DNA of 36,708 nt from a virus. Its lineage: Duplodnaviria > Caudoviricetes. Position numbers and translations under genes: made by a program. The DNA lies in IMG/VR virus record IMGVR_UViG_3300031460_000087, positions 1 through 36,708 of that record; one strand, written 5' to 3'. Shown here in pieces: positions 35,042 through 36,708 of this stretch. A model generated the notes under the pieces. It was not told the DNA's origin. It was given only the letters and a program-made list of their open reading frames with translations, and did not search any database. Numbering within the stretch: the stretch's first letter is position 1; every line of letters starts with the position of its first letter.

Positions 35042-35478
35042 GCTGGCTCATCTCCCTCATCACGGGCGGCCTCGGATCGCTCGTCTCCGGTGTGCTGACG
35101 CCGTGGCTCGATTACAAGTCCAAGACCGCCGACGTGGACCTGCAGGGCTTCAAGACTGCGACCGGAGCTGACGAGGATGCCTACAAGGTGTGGCTCGCTT
35201 ATCGGGCTCAGGTCGAGAGCATCCGGGCGGGCGAAGTCTCTTGGTTCGGCCCGAAGATTTGCCTCATGATGGTGGCGCTCCCCGCCTGCCTGCATGTCGC
35301 GCTCGTCTTCCTCGACAGCAGCTTCACCTGGGGAACCGGCCATTACGGCGCGCTCGGCATTCCGCCGATCCCCGGCGTGTACGCGGACTTCGAACAGCGC
35401 GTGATCGAGTTCCTGTTCGGTGCTGCGGTGGCGGGCCCGATGGCAAGCGCGGCGAGCGCCTGGATGCACAGGCAATAG
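35038..35478 (+). CDS. Membrane protein of the lysis cassette (holin-like)
   Basis: GTG start overlapping the previous stop; amphipathic N-terminus plus two hydrophobic segments. Confidence 0.6.
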   Translation: MSWLISLITGGLGSLVSGVLTPWLDYKSKTADVDLQGFKTATGADEDAYKVWLAYRAQVESIRAGEVSWFGPKICLMMVALPACLHVALVFLDSSFTWGTGHYGALGIPPIPGVYADFEQRVIEFLFGAAVAGPMASAASAWMHRQ

Positions 35479-35480
35479 CC

Positions 35481-35924
35481 TTGATCCTCCGCCTCGTCAC
35501 GCTCCTCCTCATCCTTGTCCTCGGGCCGTCCGCCCTTGCCGATGGTGGGGTGGCACTGCCGGCCGAAGTGTCGTGGGTGAAGGTCGCAGCCGATATCATC
35601 GCGACTGTGGGGATGCCCGGTGTAGTGGCATTCCTGATCTATGTCGTCAAAGTGCAGCGGGACGAGTTGATCGAAGAACGGGCTTTTACCCGCATCCTGC
35701 AGGATGCCAGAGCCACCGCGGCGGCGAAGAGCGCGGAACTCGCCGCCACGGTGGCGGCGGCGAGTGCGGCTGCGATCTCAGCTAATACCGGCGTCACGGT
35801 CGATATGGCAAATCGGCTGCAAAGGATCCTCGACGTCGTGCAAAACGTGCCTGGGGAGCATGCCCGAATACTGGCTCAGGTGGAACGCAATTACGAGCGA
35901 ACTGGTGGAGATCGCCCGCGATGA
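35481..35924 (+). CDS. Hypothetical membrane protein with coiled coil
   Basis: Signal-like N-terminus, TM segment, helical C-terminus. Start uncertain. Confidence 0.55.
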   Translation: MILRLVTLLLILVLGPSALADGGVALPAEVSWVKVAADIIATVGMPGVVAFLIYVVKVQRDELIEERAFTRILQDARATAAAKSAELAATVAAASAAAISANTGVTVDMANRLQRILDVVQNVPGEHARILAQVERNYERTGGDRPR

Positions 35925-36244
35925 TCTTGAAGTCGCTTCTGACCCTCATCGGCATCGGCGCAATGGACCATCGGCAGAATGCTCTCGTTCATGAGCTGTC
36001 GAATAAGGAAGCGGCTGTCTATGCTGCGCATCAACTCCTGACGAAGAGGAGCATCCAGGTCGCCGAAGCCATCGTCAACGATCCGGCAAACAGACAGAAG
36101 ATCGCTAGGGGCGTGGATGACATGCTCGACGTTTTTGTGGAAGTCGTGCGGGCCGAGCGGTTATCCGACAGGATCCGAGCCACTGCGGAAAGCGCCGTAG
36201 CTCGATTAAAGGCCGCGAAAGAGGGTAAGACATGCGAAGACTAG
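35921..36244 (+). CDS. Hypothetical protein
   Basis: 107-aa ORF translationally coupled (ATGA) to the previous gene. Confidence 0.6.
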   Translation: MILKSLLTLIGIGAMDHRQNALVHELSNKEAAVYAAHQLLTKRSIQVAEAIVNDPANRQKIARGVDDMLDVFVEVVRAERLSDRIRATAESAVARLKAAKEGKTCED

Positions 36245-36708
36245 CTGGACCTGGCGCCCGCATTTTAGAAATAATATGGATCGCTTTTCTTCCTCTTGGA
36301 CTTCTACTTCCTCATATTATGCTCTTTCAGATCCTTGATTCCATGTGTATCGCCAGCGGTTTCGGTGTAGGCGTCATGTTCTGGCAAGGGGAATGGAGCA
36401 TTTTGAACCGCCGTCCATCCACGTGGAGAGCGGGAGATGTCCTGGTCATCGGCGTCGTGACCGTGGCTTTCGGCCTGTCGGGGATTTTCCTGGAATTCCT
36501 CATCAATCACGCCTCGGGTGCCTACCCAAGCGGCGATCTCTTCAATGCCTTCATGCGCTGGATCGTCGCCAGTGGGCTGACCTTGCAGCTCATAGCATCG
36601 AGATCGCGGGGCGGGAGCATTCCCTCGCGGGCCTATTACATGATGGCAATGACGTTAGCGGTCGGTATCGGCGCGGCCCTGATTCTGATGGCGCTCGGGA
36701 TTTCCTGA
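36232..36708 (+). CDS. Multi-pass membrane hypothetical protein
   Basis: About five hydrophobic segments; stop at the window end. Confidence 0.65.
   Translation: MRRLAGPGARILEIIWIAFLPLGLLLPHIMLFQILDSMCIASGFGVGVMFWQGEWSILNRRPSTWRAGDVLVIGVVTVAFGLSGIFLEFLINHASGAYPSGDLFNAFMRWIVASGLTLQLIASRSRGGSIPSRAYYMMAMTLAVGIGAALILMALGIS

Overview
The window is the virion-morphogenesis and lysis half of a GC-rich, probably alphaproteobacterial, contractile-tailed (pro)phage. On the + strand it runs from the end of a Mu-gpF-like head gene through a DUF2213 prohead protein, cement, DUF2184-type capsid, neck, sheath, tube, chaperone, tape measure, baseplate, fibres, a GH5 glucanase, a GH108 endolysin and membrane/holin-like genes. 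Accessory cassettes interrupt it at about 340-2850 and 17420-20380, and two decayed HNH/AP2-type remnants lie on the - strand. The standout is 768-2354. A solitary RAMP/Cas7-like gene (841-1428) and a winged-helix partner (1552-2052) are interleaved with five non-coding arrays of strict 5-nt units: a semi-conserved NRY trimer (most often CGC) plus a variable NN. Four of the arrays are closed by a CAAGG motif. When only the NN dinucleotides are read, reverse-complemented and treated as codon positions 1-2, one array spells a phage terminase Walker-B motif (IIDDPLKP) and another a serine-resolvase motif (VVAVDMPNANR). This suggests an RNA-guided, wobble-skipping system aimed at competing phages or mobile elements. 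All family calls come from motif recognition and synteny; no database searches were run.
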